Assembly (NCBI GenBank): GCA_963767925.1
Contig: CAVYGB010000008.1
Coordinates: forward strand, 480,001-544,000
DNA: 64,000 nucleotides
Source: an uncultured delta proteobacterium
Lineage (GTDB): Bacteria; Myxococcota_A; Polyangia; Fen-1088
Direction of reading: 5' to 3'
A program made the translations under genes and the position numbers. The notes under the pieces are model-generated. The model had not been told where the DNA came from. It made no database searches and saw nothing but the letters and a program-made list of their open reading frames with translations. Below, in pieces: positions 47,674-57,528 of the stretch (the first letter of the stretch is position 1; every line of letters begins with the position of its first letter).

Positions 47674-50359
47674 GGGAAGCTCCTCTTTTTTCGGGGGTCG
47701 AGAGCGCGCGGCGCAGGTGCTCGAGCAGGCTCTCGGCCCGGTTGCGGTAGGTGTGCTGGGCGCGGATGCGGGCCTGGGCGGCGGCGATGGTGGCCCGGCG
47801 CCAGGGCTCGTCCTGCAGGGCCCGGCGGATGAGGGCGACCATGTCGGCCTCGCCGTCGAACAGGTGCAGCTCGCGGCCGATGGCGAACTGGTCGGCGGTC
47901 TCGCCCGGGAAGTCGTCGGCGGCGTCGCGCCGGGCGATGACGAACCCGCCGGCGGAGAACCCCTCGAGGACCCGGGGGTGCATGTTGCACCCCCGGTTGA
48001 TGTGCAGGACCACCTTGTGGCTGCGCAGGACCTCGCGCAGCGGTTCGCCCGCCGAGACCACCCCCCGGGCGTGGCCGCGAAAGCGGACCAGCTCATGCCA
48101 CCCCAGCCCGTACAGGGCCAGGGGCAGGCCGGCCCGCAGGACGGCGTCGGCCACCCGGATCCGGTCCTGGCTGCGCGCCACCATCAGGGCCCAGAATAGG
48201 AGCTCGTCCCAGCGCTCGACGGTGAGCGGCCCCAGGCGGGGGCGGGCCTCGGCCAGGATGGGCTCGAGCTGGACGCGGGAAAGAGGGATCTCCGCCTCAC
48301 GGTCCAGCCGTTCGGTGAACCAGCCGCGCAGGCCACGCGCGAAGTCGGGCTCGGCCGGCTCGACGACGTTGGTGGCGTACACCACCTCGTCGCGGCAGCG
48401 CTCCGGGATCTCGCCGCCCACCCACTCCGAGCGGACGGCGAAGGGCAGGTGGGCCACCCGGGGATACCCCAGGGTCCGGTAGAGCTCCTGGACCGGGGTG
48501 CTGAAGCCGAAGGCCAGGTCGTGGCTCCCGATCTTGCGGATGCGGGCGGGATCGCGGAGGTGCGGCAGCTCGTCCTGGATCCAGGTGACGACCGGCAGGT
48601 GGTCGGGGAGGGCAAAGCCGAGGTCGGGGCGGAGGTAGTTGACCAGGCCGACGAAGTCGACCTCCCGCTCGAGCAGGCGGTTGGCCAGCGTCTGGTGGTG
48701 GAGGATGCGTCCCGGCGCCTCCTCTTCGAGCACCAGGCACTCGTGGCCCAGCTCGCGCAGCCCGGCCGCCAGGTCGCCGACGACGTGCCGGACGACGCTC
48801 GTGTAGAGGGAGGTGAGCCAGGCGATGCGCAGGGGCCGCCGAACCCGCCCCTCGAGCACGGCGACGGTCTGCTCGGCGTGGCGGCCGTCGTATCTCGATT
48901 CGAGCTGCTCGACCGCCAGCGCCAGGTTGCGCATGCGTCCGACTTCGACCGCCTCGAGCTGGCTCGACAGGCTCGGATCGACGCCGGCGCGGACGGCGGG
49001 GATGGCGTGGTCGGGCCGCTCTCGCAGGAAGGCGACGAGCTCCTCGCCGGCCCGGAGCCCCAGGAAGAGGTGGGTCCGGTCAGGGACCAGCCAGCTCGAG
49101 AAGTCGACCGTCTCCAGCAACACGGCCAGGGCGGCCGGGTCGGGCTCGACAAGGTAGGCCAGCCGGCACCAGTTGGGCTGGGCGACCGTCACCTCGGTCG
49201 ACAGCAGGATCTCCGCGGCGGCGGCGGCGGCGGTCCAGGCGCCGACGCAGACGTGGGCCAGGCTGGCCTGCGTCGGGCTCATCACCGCCCGGTGCACCTC
49301 GTCGGGATCGGGGAGGGGATTGACCTCCCGGAGCAGGGGCCCCTCGATCCTGAGGAGCAGCAGGTAGGGGGCGCGTTGCAAGGTGACGCTGTCTGCCCGG
49401 TACTCCAGCCGCCAGGGCAGGTCGGGCAACTGCACGACGGTGGGGCGGTCGGAGCCGATCTTCTCCAGCCGGGCCGCTACCTCGGGAAAGCCGGCCCGCA
49501 GGGCAGTCAAATTGCGGCCCCAGATCCCCCGGCGCAGGCCCCGCTGCTTGCGCTGTTCAAGCTGGAGATCGCGGGCCAGCTTGCGCCGGAAGCTGTCGGG
49601 GAAGACCGGCTGCTTGCACCAGCGCTCCACCTGGTCGAAGGCCTGCAGGTCGGCCCAGCACTCCAGGATCTTCCAGGCCACGTCGGTCGCCCGCCGCTCG
49701 TGGTGGAGGAACCAGTAGAACTTGAGGGCGTGGTAGCGCTGGCCGGCCTCGAACAGGAAGTCGGCGATGGTGCGCAGGGCAGCGGGGGGGAGCAGATCGC
49801 CGGCGGCCAGCAGGGCCAGGAAGCGCGCCGAGAAGCCGCTGCACAGGTCACGCACCGCCAGCCGGGCGAGCGCCAGGCCCGGGGCGGGGCGGGCGGGCGT
49901 GTCGACGCCCGCCTCGACGACGAGGGCGTCGCCAGGGGCCACCCCGTTGGCGATGAGGAACTGCCAGAGCTCGAGGTAGACCTTGAGGGCCAGGGCGGGC
50001 GAGGGCGTGTCGGGGAGCTCGGCGACCTTGCAGCGCTCGAGCAGCGCGGGGCCCAGGCGGCTCTCCATGGCCTGGACGACCAGGCTCCGGGCGGCGGCCG
50101 GGTCGGGCTCGATCACCAGCACCTGGCTCAAGGAGGGGAGGCGATCGAAGGCGCCGGCCAGGACCTCGGGGCCGGCCGCTCCCACCAGCACCAGGACCCG
50201 CACGTTGTCCGGGGGCGCGCTGGAGAACCGGATGGCTCCGTCGAGGATCGCCGCCGCTTCCGCCTCGGACTGCGGCGGGCGTCCTCCGGGGAGCTCGCCC
50301 GGCTCCCAGGCGCTGTCGACGCCGCCGCTGGCCGGGTGCCCGGGATCGTCGGGGATCAC
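47666..50359 (-). CDS. Large glycosyltransferase, CgeB/Glyco_trans_1_2 C-terminus with Maf-like N-terminus (paralog B)
   Basis: GTG 50359 overlaps the upstream TGA. VVTWIQDELP, LYGLGW, SHKVVLHIN..HPRVLEGFSAGGF..ELHLF..QHTYRNRA. The longer 1580-aa ORF call is an upstream GC-rich extension. Confidence 0.8.
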   Translation of the reverse strand: MIPDDPGHPASGGVDSAWEPGELPGGRPPQSEAEAAAILDGAIRFSSAPPDNVRVLVLVGAAGPEVLAGAFDRLPSLSQVLVIEPDPAAARSLVVQAMESRLGPALLERCKVAELPDTPSPALALKVYLELWQFLIANGVAPGDALVVEAGVDTPARPAPGLALARLAVRDLCSGFSARFLALLAAGDLLPPAALRTIADFLFEAGQRYHALKFYWFLHHERRATDVAWKILECWADLQAFDQVERWCKQPVFPDSFRRKLARDLQLEQRKQRGLRRGIWGRNLTALRAGFPEVAARLEKIGSDRPTVVQLPDLPWRLEYRADSVTLQRAPYLLLLRIEGPLLREVNPLPDPDEVHRAVMSPTQASLAHVCVGAWTAAAAAAEILLSTEVTVAQPNWCRLAYLVEPDPAALAVLLETVDFSSWLVPDRTHLFLGLRAGEELVAFLRERPDHAIPAVRAGVDPSLSSQLEAVEVGRMRNLALAVEQLESRYDGRHAEQTVAVLEGRVRRPLRIAWLTSLYTSVVRHVVGDLAAGLRELGHECLVLEEEAPGRILHHQTLANRLLEREVDFVGLVNYLRPDLGFALPDHLPVVTWIQDELPHLRDPARIRKIGSHDLAFGFSTPVQELYRTLGYPRVAHLPFAVRSEWVGGEIPERCRDEVVYATNVVEPAEPDFARGLRGWFTERLDREAEIPLSRVQLEPILAEARPRLGPLTVERWDELLFWALMVARSQDRIRVADAVLRAGLPLALYGLGWHELVRFRGHARGVVSAGEPLREVLRSHKVVLHINRGCNMHPRVLEGFSAGGFVIARRDAADDFPGETADQFAIGRELHLFDGEADMVALIRRALQDEPWRRATIAAAQARIRAQHTYRNRAESLLEHLRRALSTPEKRGASLA

Positions 50360-53094
50360 GAGCCACCCCCCAGGGTGCCGGCGGGGTTCTCCAGGCTGGG
50401 CGGCCGGGCGCTGCGGGCGGGTGACCCGGCCCCGAAGGCGGACAGCCGCCGGTCCAGATCGCCGAGGATGATGGCGGCCCGGTTCTCGTAGGTGTGGGCG
50501 CGCTGGATGCGAGCCTGGGCGGCGGCGATGACCCCGCGGCGCCAGGGCTCGTCGGTCAGGGCGCGGCGGATGAGCCTGGCCATCTCCTCGTCGTCGTGAA
50601 ACAGGTGAAGCTCGCGGCCGAGGTCGAACTGGTCGGTGGTCTCGCCCGGCAGGTCGTCGCAGTCCTCGTGTCGGCCCAGGACGAAGCCCCCCGCCGAGAA
50701 CCCCTCCAGCACCCGGGGGTGGAGGTTGCACTCGCCGTTGATGTGCAGCACGACCTTGCTCTCGCGGAACAGCCGGCGCAGGGCCACGCCCGGGGCGACG
50801 ACCCCCCGGGCGTGGGGGCGGAAGCGGGGCACCGTCTCCCAGCCGCGCCCGTGCAGCACCAGCGGCAAGCCCGCGGCCAGCACGGCGTCGGCCACCCGCA
50901 GGCGGTCGAGGCGGCGGGCGAACATCGCGCACCAGAACACCAGGCGCTGGGCGACCTCGTCGCTCAGCGGGTGGCCGAGGGCGGCGCAGCCCTCGCGCAG
51001 CAACGGCTCGATCTTGGGGGTGCCGATGGGGATCCGGGGCAGGGCGCTCAGGCGCGCTTCGAGCCAGGCCCCCAGTCCCGGCAGCGGCGCCTCGCCCACC
51101 TCCTCGAGGTGGGTGGCATAGACAACCTCGTCCCGGCAATCGTCGTCGGGAGGCAGCGCGGGGGTGGGTGACCCGAGCACCGCGAAGGGCAGGTGCCCGA
51201 CCCAGGGATAGCCCAGGTCCTGGTAACGCCGCTGGACCGTCGTGCTGTAGCCGTAGACCAGGTCGAGCGGGCCGAGCGCGCGGATGTGGGCCGGATCGGC
51301 CAGCACCGGCAGCTCGTCCTGGATCCAGGTGACAACCGGCAGCCCGGGCGGGAAGACCTGGCCGAGCTCGGGCCGGGTGTGGTTGGTGAGAAACACGAGG
51401 TCGGGGGCCAGCTCGAGCAGCTTGGCGGTGAGGTATTCGTAGCCGAGCTCCTGGCCGGAGCGTTCTTCGAGCAGGACGAAGGCGGCGTGCCCCAGCCGCT
51501 GCAGGGCGGTGGCGAAGTCGGCCGCCAGGTACTGCACGACGGTTGTGTAGCGGGAGGTGACGAAGACGATACGCAGCGGGCGGGCCCGCGGTCCCTGCAG
51601 GGCGGCCAGGACGTGGCGGGCGTGGCCGACCTCGTAGCGCTTCTCGAGGACGGCGAGGTTGTCGCTGGTGCGCTGGACGCGCAGGCGGTTCACCGCGGTC
51701 AGGCCGGCCTGCAGCCGGGGCCCCACGCCGAACCAGACTCCCGGGATGACCCGGTTGGGCTCGCGGTCCAGGGTGCGGAGGAAGTCCCGATCGGCCTGCT
51801 GGCCCACGAACAGGTGGACCCGGTCGGGCTGCAGCCGGTCGGAGAGATCGGCGGTCTCGAGCAGCAGGGCCAGGGCGGCGGCGTCCGCCTCGATCAAATG
51901 GACCACCCGGTGCCAGCCGGGGAGGGGGCTTGACACGTCCGTGCACAGCAGCAGGTGGGCCTCGGCGGCGTGCCGGACCCAGCCCGCCACGCAGGCGTGG
52001 GCCTGATCCCGCTGGGCGGGGGGCGACATCGCGGCGTCGACGTCCTCGGGCACCGGCGGCGGGTTGAGCTCGCTGAGCCGGCTCCCCTCGATCCGCACCA
52101 GGAGGGGATAGGGCCGCCGCTGCACCGACAGGCCGCCGTGGGCGTACGCCATCCAGGGCACCTCGGGCAGCTCGACCAGCTCGAGGTCCGCGCGCGCGGC
52201 CCGCGCTGCCGCCACCTGGGCCGCCGCCGCCGGGAAGTGGTCCTGCAGGGCGGCCAGGTTGCGGGTGAAGGTCTCCGCCCGCAGGGCCTCCTGGTCGACC
52301 CGGGCCGCTTCGAGCTGGGAGCCCAGCGACTCGCGGATGCCGGCCGGGAAGATCTCCTGCTGCAGCCAGCGCCTGACCTGGGGGAAGGCGGTGAGGTCGC
52401 TCCAGCATTCGAGGATGCGCCAGGCGAGCTGAGGCTGGGCCGCGCTCTCGTGAATGAGGAGGTAGAGCTTGAGGGCGTGGTACCGATCGCCCTGGGCGAA
52501 CAGGAAGTCGGCCACCGTCCGCAGGAAGCTGGCGGGGACCTCGGCGGGATCGTTCAGCTCGGCGAGGAAACGGGCGGAGAACCCGGTGCAGAGGTCGCGC
52601 ACGACGTCGCGCGCGCGCCGGTGGTCGGCGCTGGCGGTGAGGGTGGGATCGAGGACCACCAGGGCGCCGCCGGGGCGGGCCTGGGTCGCCAGGAAGAAGG
52701 TGAAGAGCTGCCGGTAAAGGTTGCGTCCGAAGGCCGGGGTGCCGGTCGGCTCGGGCAGGTCGGCGACCTGGCAGCGATCGGGCGCGATCGGGCCCCAGCC
52801 CTCGGGCGTGCGGGCCAGCAGGCCCACCAGGTTGCGCAGGTCGGGCTCGACGACGAGCACCGCGCGCAGCACCGGCAGCTCACGGAAGGCGGCGGTCAGC
52901 GTCGTGCGGTCGGAGGCGCCCACCAGGACGAGGACCGAGATCTCCTCGCGGGTGAGGCCGGACAGGGTCACGGCCCGGGCCAGGGCCTCGGGGCCGGTCG
53001 GCGTCGCGGGCGCCAACGGGCCGGGGGCGCGCGCCTCGACGGCGGTGGTGCCCGCGGCCTCGAGCTGCTGGGCCAGGGCGGCCAGGGTTGTCAC
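50356..53094 (-). CDS. Large glycosyltransferase, CgeB/Glyco_trans_1_2 C-terminus with Maf-like N-terminus (paralog A)
   Basis: FTRNLAAL, HLIEAD..LLETADLS..VHLFVG, VVTWIQDELP, SKVVLHING..HPRVLEGFSAGGF..AHTYENRA. Start is uncertain. Confidence 0.8.
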   Translation of the reverse strand: MTTLAALAQQLEAAGTTAVEARAPGPLAPATPTGPEALARAVTLSGLTREEISVLVLVGASDRTTLTAAFRELPVLRAVLVVEPDLRNLVGLLARTPEGWGPIAPDRCQVADLPEPTGTPAFGRNLYRQLFTFFLATQARPGGALVVLDPTLTASADHRRARDVVRDLCTGFSARFLAELNDPAEVPASFLRTVADFLFAQGDRYHALKLYLLIHESAAQPQLAWRILECWSDLTAFPQVRRWLQQEIFPAGIRESLGSQLEAARVDQEALRAETFTRNLAALQDHFPAAAAQVAAARAARADLELVELPEVPWMAYAHGGLSVQRRPYPLLVRIEGSRLSELNPPPVPEDVDAAMSPPAQRDQAHACVAGWVRHAAEAHLLLCTDVSSPLPGWHRVVHLIEADAAALALLLETADLSDRLQPDRVHLFVGQQADRDFLRTLDREPNRVIPGVWFGVGPRLQAGLTAVNRLRVQRTSDNLAVLEKRYEVGHARHVLAALQGPRARPLRIVFVTSRYTTVVQYLAADFATALQRLGHAAFVLLEERSGQELGYEYLTAKLLELAPDLVFLTNHTRPELGQVFPPGLPVVTWIQDELPVLADPAHIRALGPLDLVYGYSTTVQRRYQDLGYPWVGHLPFAVLGSPTPALPPDDDCRDEVVYATHLEEVGEAPLPGLGAWLEARLSALPRIPIGTPKIEPLLREGCAALGHPLSDEVAQRLVFWCAMFARRLDRLRVADAVLAAGLPLVLHGRGWETVPRFRPHARGVVAPGVALRRLFRESKVVLHINGECNLHPRVLEGFSAGGFVLGRHEDCDDLPGETTDQFDLGRELHLFHDDEEMARLIRRALTDEPWRRGVIAAAQARIQRAHTYENRAAIILGDLDRRLSAFGAGSPARSARPPSLENPAGTLGGGS

Positions 53095-53320
53095 CGGCCT
53101 GGCTCCAGGCGGCAGCGGTTCGGGGGCGAAGGTTGGGACCGGTGACGAGTCATCTTTGCGGCGCGATCTCTCGAGCGTCGGGCGAGATGCACATGCCGGG
53201 CCGGGCGACCCCGCGCGCCAGCGCCAGCGTTTTGACCGGCGCCCGCGGCGATCGCGCCAGCGGGCTGACACGAAACCCGCGCCGTCGCTCCGGGAGCGCC
53301 GATCCGACGTGGTTTCCGTC

Positions 53321-53335
53321 CGGCACGGCGCTTGC
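53321..53335 (+). promoter_or_regulatory. sigma54 -24/-12 promoter of the nucleotide-sugar operon
   Basis: CGGCACGGCGCTTGC, close to the YGGCACG-N4-TTGC consensus. Confidence 0.75.
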
Positions 53336-53447
53336 CTTTCCGGCGGGGCGCCAGGCTCCCGACGATGAAACATCTGCACATTCACCGGCCCCCGCGGATC
53401 GAACCGGAGGCGGCCGTCGTCACGAACCCGACGGAGGTCTCCCCAAC

Positions 53448-54491
53448 ATGAAGAAGGTCGTCGTCACCGGCGGAGCGGGTTTCATCGGAAGCCATCTCTG
53501 TGAAGCCCTGCTGGGCGAGGGGGCCGAGGTGCACGCGGTCGACAACTTCAGCACCGGGCGCGAGCAGAACCTCGCCCACCTGAAGAGCGAGCCGCGCCTG
53601 CACCTGCACCCGCTGGACGTCAACGAGGGGGAGCGCCTGCTGCCCCTGTGTCAGGGCGCCGACACGGTCTTTCACCTCGCCGCGCTGGCCGACATCGTCC
53701 CCTCCATCGAGCGGCCGCTCGACTACATGCGGGCCAACGTCGACGGCACCCTGTCGGTGCTGGAGGCGGTCCGCCGGGGCGGGGCCGGGCGCCTGGTGTA
53801 CGCCGCCTCGTCCTCCTGTTACGGCATCACCCACATCCACCCCACGCCGGAGACGGCGGAGTGTTCGCCCCGCTACCCCTACGCGCTCAGCAAGCACCTG
53901 GGCGAGCAGGCGGTGCTGCACTGGTGCGAGGTGTACGGCCTGCCGGTGCTGTCGCTGCGGCTGTTCAACGTCTACGGGCCGCGCGCGCGCACCCACGGCA
54001 CCTACGGCGCGATGTTCGGCGTGTTCCTGGCCCAGAAGCTGGCCGACAAGCCCTACACCGTGGTGGGGGACGGCACCCAGAGCCGGGACTTCACCTATGT
54101 CACCGACGTGGCGGAGGCCTTCGTGAGGGCCGGCGCCAGCCGCCTGCAGGGGCGCATCTTCAACGTCGGGACCGGCCGGCCCGTCACCGTGAACCGGATC
54201 GCCGAGCTGCTGGGGGGGCCGGTGGTGCACATCCCCAAGCGCCCGGGCGAGCCGGACATCACCCACGCCGACGTCACCGAGGCCCGGGCGGCGCTGGGCT
54301 GGGCGGCTCGCACCCCCATCGAGACGGGGGTGCGGCTGCTGCTCGAGCAGATCGAGGCCTGGAAAGATGCTCCCGTCTGGACGCCCGAGAGCATCTCGCG
54401 CGCCACCGCCTCCTGGTTCACCTTCCTGGGCGCGGGCGGCAGCCCCGACAAGCCCACCCACCCGGCGGTCCCCGGAGCTTCCCGGCGATGA
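53448..54491 (+). CDS. NAD-dependent epimerase/dehydratase
   Basis: [35 protein letters not shown] and [16 protein letters not shown]. Confidence 0.94.
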   Translation: MKKVVVTGGAGFIGSHLCEALLGEGAEVHAVDNFSTGREQNLAHLKSEPRLHLHPLDVNEGERLLPLCQGADTVFHLAALADIVPSIERPLDYMRANVDGTLSVLEAVRRGGAGRLVYAASSSCYGITHIHPTPETAECSPRYPYALSKHLGEQAVLHWCEVYGLPVLSLRLFNVYGPRARTHGTYGAMFGVFLAQKLADKPYTVVGDGTQSRDFTYVTDVAEAFVRAGASRLQGRIFNVGTGRPVTVNRIAELLGGPVVHIPKRPGEPDITHADVTEARAALGWAARTPIETGVRLLLEQIEAWKDAPVWTPESISRATASWFTFLGAGGSPDKPTHPAVPGASRR

Positions 54492-55540
54492 GCGACGAGA
54501 GCCGACCCGGCCTGACCCAGGGGGACGTTTTCGCCGCCCTCGAACGTTTCTCCCAGCTCCGGGTGGCGGTGGTGGGCGAGGCCATCATCGACGAATACGT
54601 CTACTGCGACGCCATGGGGAAGTCGGGCAAGGAGCCCATCCTCGTGAGCCGCTTCGTCTCCTCCGAGTCTCACGGGGGCGGCACCCTGGCGGTGGCCAAC
54701 CACCTGTCGGAGTTCTGCCACACCGTCGAGATCGTGAGCGCGCTCGGCAGCGAGGAGCCGCGCGAGGAGTTCGTGCGCTCGAGCCTGCGGGCCAACGTGG
54801 CGCCCCACTTCATCCGCAAGAGCGGCTCGCCCACCATCGTGAAGCGGCGCTACCTCGACGCCTATTCGCTGGCCAAGATGATGGGGGTCTACCACCTCAA
54901 CCCGGCGCCGCTGGCCCGCCCCGACGAGGAGGCCTTCGCGGCCTTGCTGGACGACGTCTTGCCCCGCTGCGACCTGGTGATCGTCGCCGACTACGGGCAC
55001 GGTCTGATCACGCCCGCCCTGGTGCAGCGGCTGTGCGGGCGCAGCCGCTTCCTCTCGATCAACACCCAGATGAACGCCGCCAACCAGGGCTACCACACCC
55101 TGTCGAAGTACCGGCGCGCCGACTTCGTCTGCCTGCACGAGGGGGAGCTGCGCATGGACGCGCGCGACACCCAGAGCGAGCTCGGTGACCTCATCCGCAT
55201 GGCGGCGGTCCGAATGGGCACCCGGGCCTTCTGCGTGACCCGGGGCAAGAAGGGCACCATCTACTACCGGCAGGGCGAGGAGATCCTGCAGTGCCCCTCG
55301 CTGGCCCGGGAGGTCGTCGAGCGGGTGGGCGCCGGGGACGCCGTGCTCGCCCTGACCTCGCTGGGCGCGGCCTGCGATCTGCCGGCCGACCTGGTGGGCA
55401 CCCTCGGAAACCTGGCGGGCGCCCAGCAGGTGGCGGTGATCGGCAACCGGGCCTCGGTGTCCCGGGAGCGGCTGGTGGCCCGGGTGCGGGAGATGTTCCC
55501 CTCCTGGACCGAGGCCCGGTCCAAGAAGACCGCGGGCTGA
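54488..55540 (+). CDS. PfkB-family kinase, RfaE/HldE kinase-domain-like (heptose-7-phosphate kinase)
   Basis: VAVVGEAIIDEY, TIVKRRY, IVADYGHG and VGAGDAV; no adenylyltransferase domain. Confidence 0.82.
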   Translation: MSDESRPGLTQGDVFAALERFSQLRVAVVGEAIIDEYVYCDAMGKSGKEPILVSRFVSSESHGGGTLAVANHLSEFCHTVEIVSALGSEEPREEFVRSSLRANVAPHFIRKSGSPTIVKRRYLDAYSLAKMMGVYHLNPAPLARPDEEAFAALLDDVLPRCDLVIVADYGHGLITPALVQRLCGRSRFLSINTQMNAANQGYHTLSKYRRADFVCLHEGELRMDARDTQSELGDLIRMAAVRMGTRAFCVTRGKKGTIYYRQGEEILQCPSLAREVVERVGAGDAVLALTSLGAACDLPADLVGTLGNLAGAQQVAVIGNRASVSRERLVARVREMFPSWTEARSKKTAG

Positions 55541-55541
55541 C

Positions 55542-56138
55542 ATGGGCACCCTGGGCGAGCCCAAGGCGGTCTTCCTCGACCGGGACGGCGTCCTCATCGA
55601 GGACCACGGACCGCTGATCCGCGCCGAGGAGATCGTCCTGCAGCCGAGCGCGCCGCGGGCGCTGCGCAGGCTGAAGGAGGCCGGGTACCGGCTCATCGTC
55701 GTGAGCAACCAGACGGCGGTCTCGCGCGGCCTGCTGAGCGAGGACGATGTGCGCAACCTGCAAGCCGTGGTGGAGCAGCGGCTGTGCGCGGCGGGCGGGG
55801 TGCCCCTCGACGGGTTCTACTTCTGCCCCCACCACCCCCGGGCCACGCTGGCCGCCTACCGGCGGGTTTGCGACTGCCGCAAGCCGGCCCCCGGGCTGCT
55901 GCGCCAGGCCGGGCAGCGCGAGGGGATCGATCTCAGCCGGAGCGTGATGATCGGCGACCGCACCAGCGACGTCGTCGCCGGGGTGCGGGCCGGCTGCCGC
56001 ACCATCCTTGTCGAGACCGGGCGCCACCTCGACCCCCAGATCGAGGTGCTGGGCGGCTTCCTCAGCGCCGAGCCCGACATGAGCTGCCAGGACCTCGGCG
56101 AGGCGGCCCGCTACCTGCTGGCCGGAGATGCCTCGTGA
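55542..56138 (+). CDS. gmhB: D,D-heptose-1,7-bisphosphate phosphatase (HAD IIIA)
   Basis: AVFLDRDGVL, VVSNQ, CPHHP..CDCRKPAPG and MIGDRTSD. Confidence 0.9.
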   Translation: MGTLGEPKAVFLDRDGVLIEDHGPLIRAEEIVLQPSAPRALRRLKEAGYRLIVVSNQTAVSRGLLSEDDVRNLQAVVEQRLCAAGGVPLDGFYFCPHHPRATLAAYRRVCDCRKPAPGLLRQAGQREGIDLSRSVMIGDRTSDVVAGVRAGCRTILVETGRHLDPQIEVLGGFLSAEPDMSCQDLGEAARYLLAGDAS

Positions 56139-56905
56139 GGGCGCTGGTGCTGTGCGCGGGGTTCGGCCGCCGGCTGGGTGGCCTCTGCCAGGACAGCCCC
56201 AAGCCGCTGCTCGAGGTCGGGGGCCTGCCCATCGTCGAGCACATCCTGCGCCGGCTGGGCCAGCACGGCGTGCAGGAGGCGTTCGTCAACCTCCACTACC
56301 GGGCCGAGCAGTTCCCGCCCCGCCTGGGCGACGGCCGCCGCTTCGGCTTCCCCATCCGCTACCTGCACGAGGAGGCCCCCCTCGGCACCGGCGGGACGGC
56401 CCGCGATCTGCTGGCCCAGGTCGGCGTCGGCGGCGACCTGCTGGTCCACTACGGCGACATCTTGACCGACCACGACCTGGGCGCCCTGCTGCGGCAGCAC
56501 CGGGCCGGATCGGCCTGGGCCACCCTGCTCCTGCACCGGCGCCCGCACAGCAACAGCCACGCCGTCCTCGAGCCCGACGGCCGCGTCTCGCGCTTCGTCG
56601 AGCGGCCGGCGGTGCCGCCGAGCTTCGAGGAGGCCCGCCCCCCCTGGGTGTTCTCGGGCGTGTGTGTGCTGTCCCCGGCCTGCGCGGCCGCGCTGCCGGC
56701 CCGGCCCGAGCTGGATCTACCCCGCGACGTCTTCCCCAGCCTGGCCGAGGAGGGGCGCCTGCAGGGCCAGCCGCTCGCCGGTCACCGGGTAGCGGTCGAC
56801 TCGCCCGAACGCCTGCAGGCCGCGCGCGACGCCTGGGCCGGCGGTCAGTTCCGTCCCTGGGAGTCGTCGCACAAGGAGGAGCCGTGGCCACCGCCCCATT
56901 CATAG
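56135..56905 (+). CDS. Sugar-phosphate nucleotidyltransferase (NTP_transferase family, HddC-like)
   Basis: ALVLCAGFGRRL..PKPLL..VNLHY..EEAPLGTGG..YGDIL. Confidence 0.88.
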   Translation: MRALVLCAGFGRRLGGLCQDSPKPLLEVGGLPIVEHILRRLGQHGVQEAFVNLHYRAEQFPPRLGDGRRFGFPIRYLHEEAPLGTGGTARDLLAQVGVGGDLLVHYGDILTDHDLGALLRQHRAGSAWATLLLHRRPHSNSHAVLEPDGRVSRFVERPAVPPSFEEARPPWVFSGVCVLSPACAAALPARPELDLPRDVFPSLAEEGRLQGQPLAGHRVAVDSPERLQAARDAWAGGQFRPWESSHKEEPWPPPHS

Positions 56906-57528
56906 AGCAGTACCTGTCGCGCTGCAAAGCCGCCCTGGACGGCGTGCCGGCCAGCGACATCCAGGACGTCGTGCGCGTCCTGCTCGGCGCCTACGAGCGC
57001 CAGGCGCGGGTCTTCATCGCCGGCAACGGGGGCAGCGCCTCGCTGGCCTCCCACCTGGCCTGCGACCTGGAGAAGACCGCGGCCGGTCCCCGTCCCCGGC
57101 AGGCCCCCCGGCGGCTGCGGGCCCAGTCCCTCAACGACAACCTGGCGATGTTGACCGCCTGGGCCAACGACGAGGGCTACCAGCACGTCTTCTCCGAGCC
57201 GCTGCGGGTCCACGCCGTGCGGGGGGATGTCCTGCTGGTGATCAGCGCCAGCGGCAACTCGCCCAACATCGTGCTGGCGCTGGAGGCGGCGGCCGAGATC
57301 GGCCTGACCACCATCGCCATGGTGGGCTTCGACGGTGGGCGGGCCCTGGCCCTGGCCCAGTACCGCCTGCACGTCCGCATCAGCGACTACGGGATCGTGG
57401 AGGGCGCACACGGGGTGTTGACCCACGTCATCACCGCCTGCCTGCAGAAGGCGCTCTCCGAACGCAAGCCGACGGGCAAGACCGGATCGTATCCGGTGGC
57501 GCCGGTCGCAGGGGAGGTGAAGGCATGA
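56884..57528 (+). CDS. gmhA: Phosphoheptose isomerase (SIS)
   Basis: FIAGNGGSASLASH, TAWANDEGY, ISASGNSPN and GFDGG; AAGGAGG SD before GTG 56884. Confidence 0.88.
   Translation: MATAPFIEQYLSRCKAALDGVPASDIQDVVRVLLGAYERQARVFIAGNGGSASLASHLACDLEKTAAGPRPRQAPRRLRAQSLNDNLAMLTAWANDEGYQHVFSEPLRVHAVRGDVLLVISASGNSPNIVLALEAAAEIGLTTIAMVGFDGGRALALAQYRLHVRISDYGIVEGAHGVLTHVITACLQKALSERKPTGKTGSYPVAPVAGEVKA

Noticed and set aside
50360..52408. N-terminal ~680 aa of the 1580-aa ORF 47666..52408
   Set aside because: It overlaps paralog A in another frame and is Arg/Pro/Gly-rich shadow translation. Homology to paralog A begins only after GTG 50359.
53245..53259. Minus-strand TGGCGCGATCGCCGC as the sigma54 promoter of the glycosyltransferase operon
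   Set aside because: Spacing is right, but the -12 element (CCGC) is poor and such matches arise easily at this GC content. Not listed as a feature.
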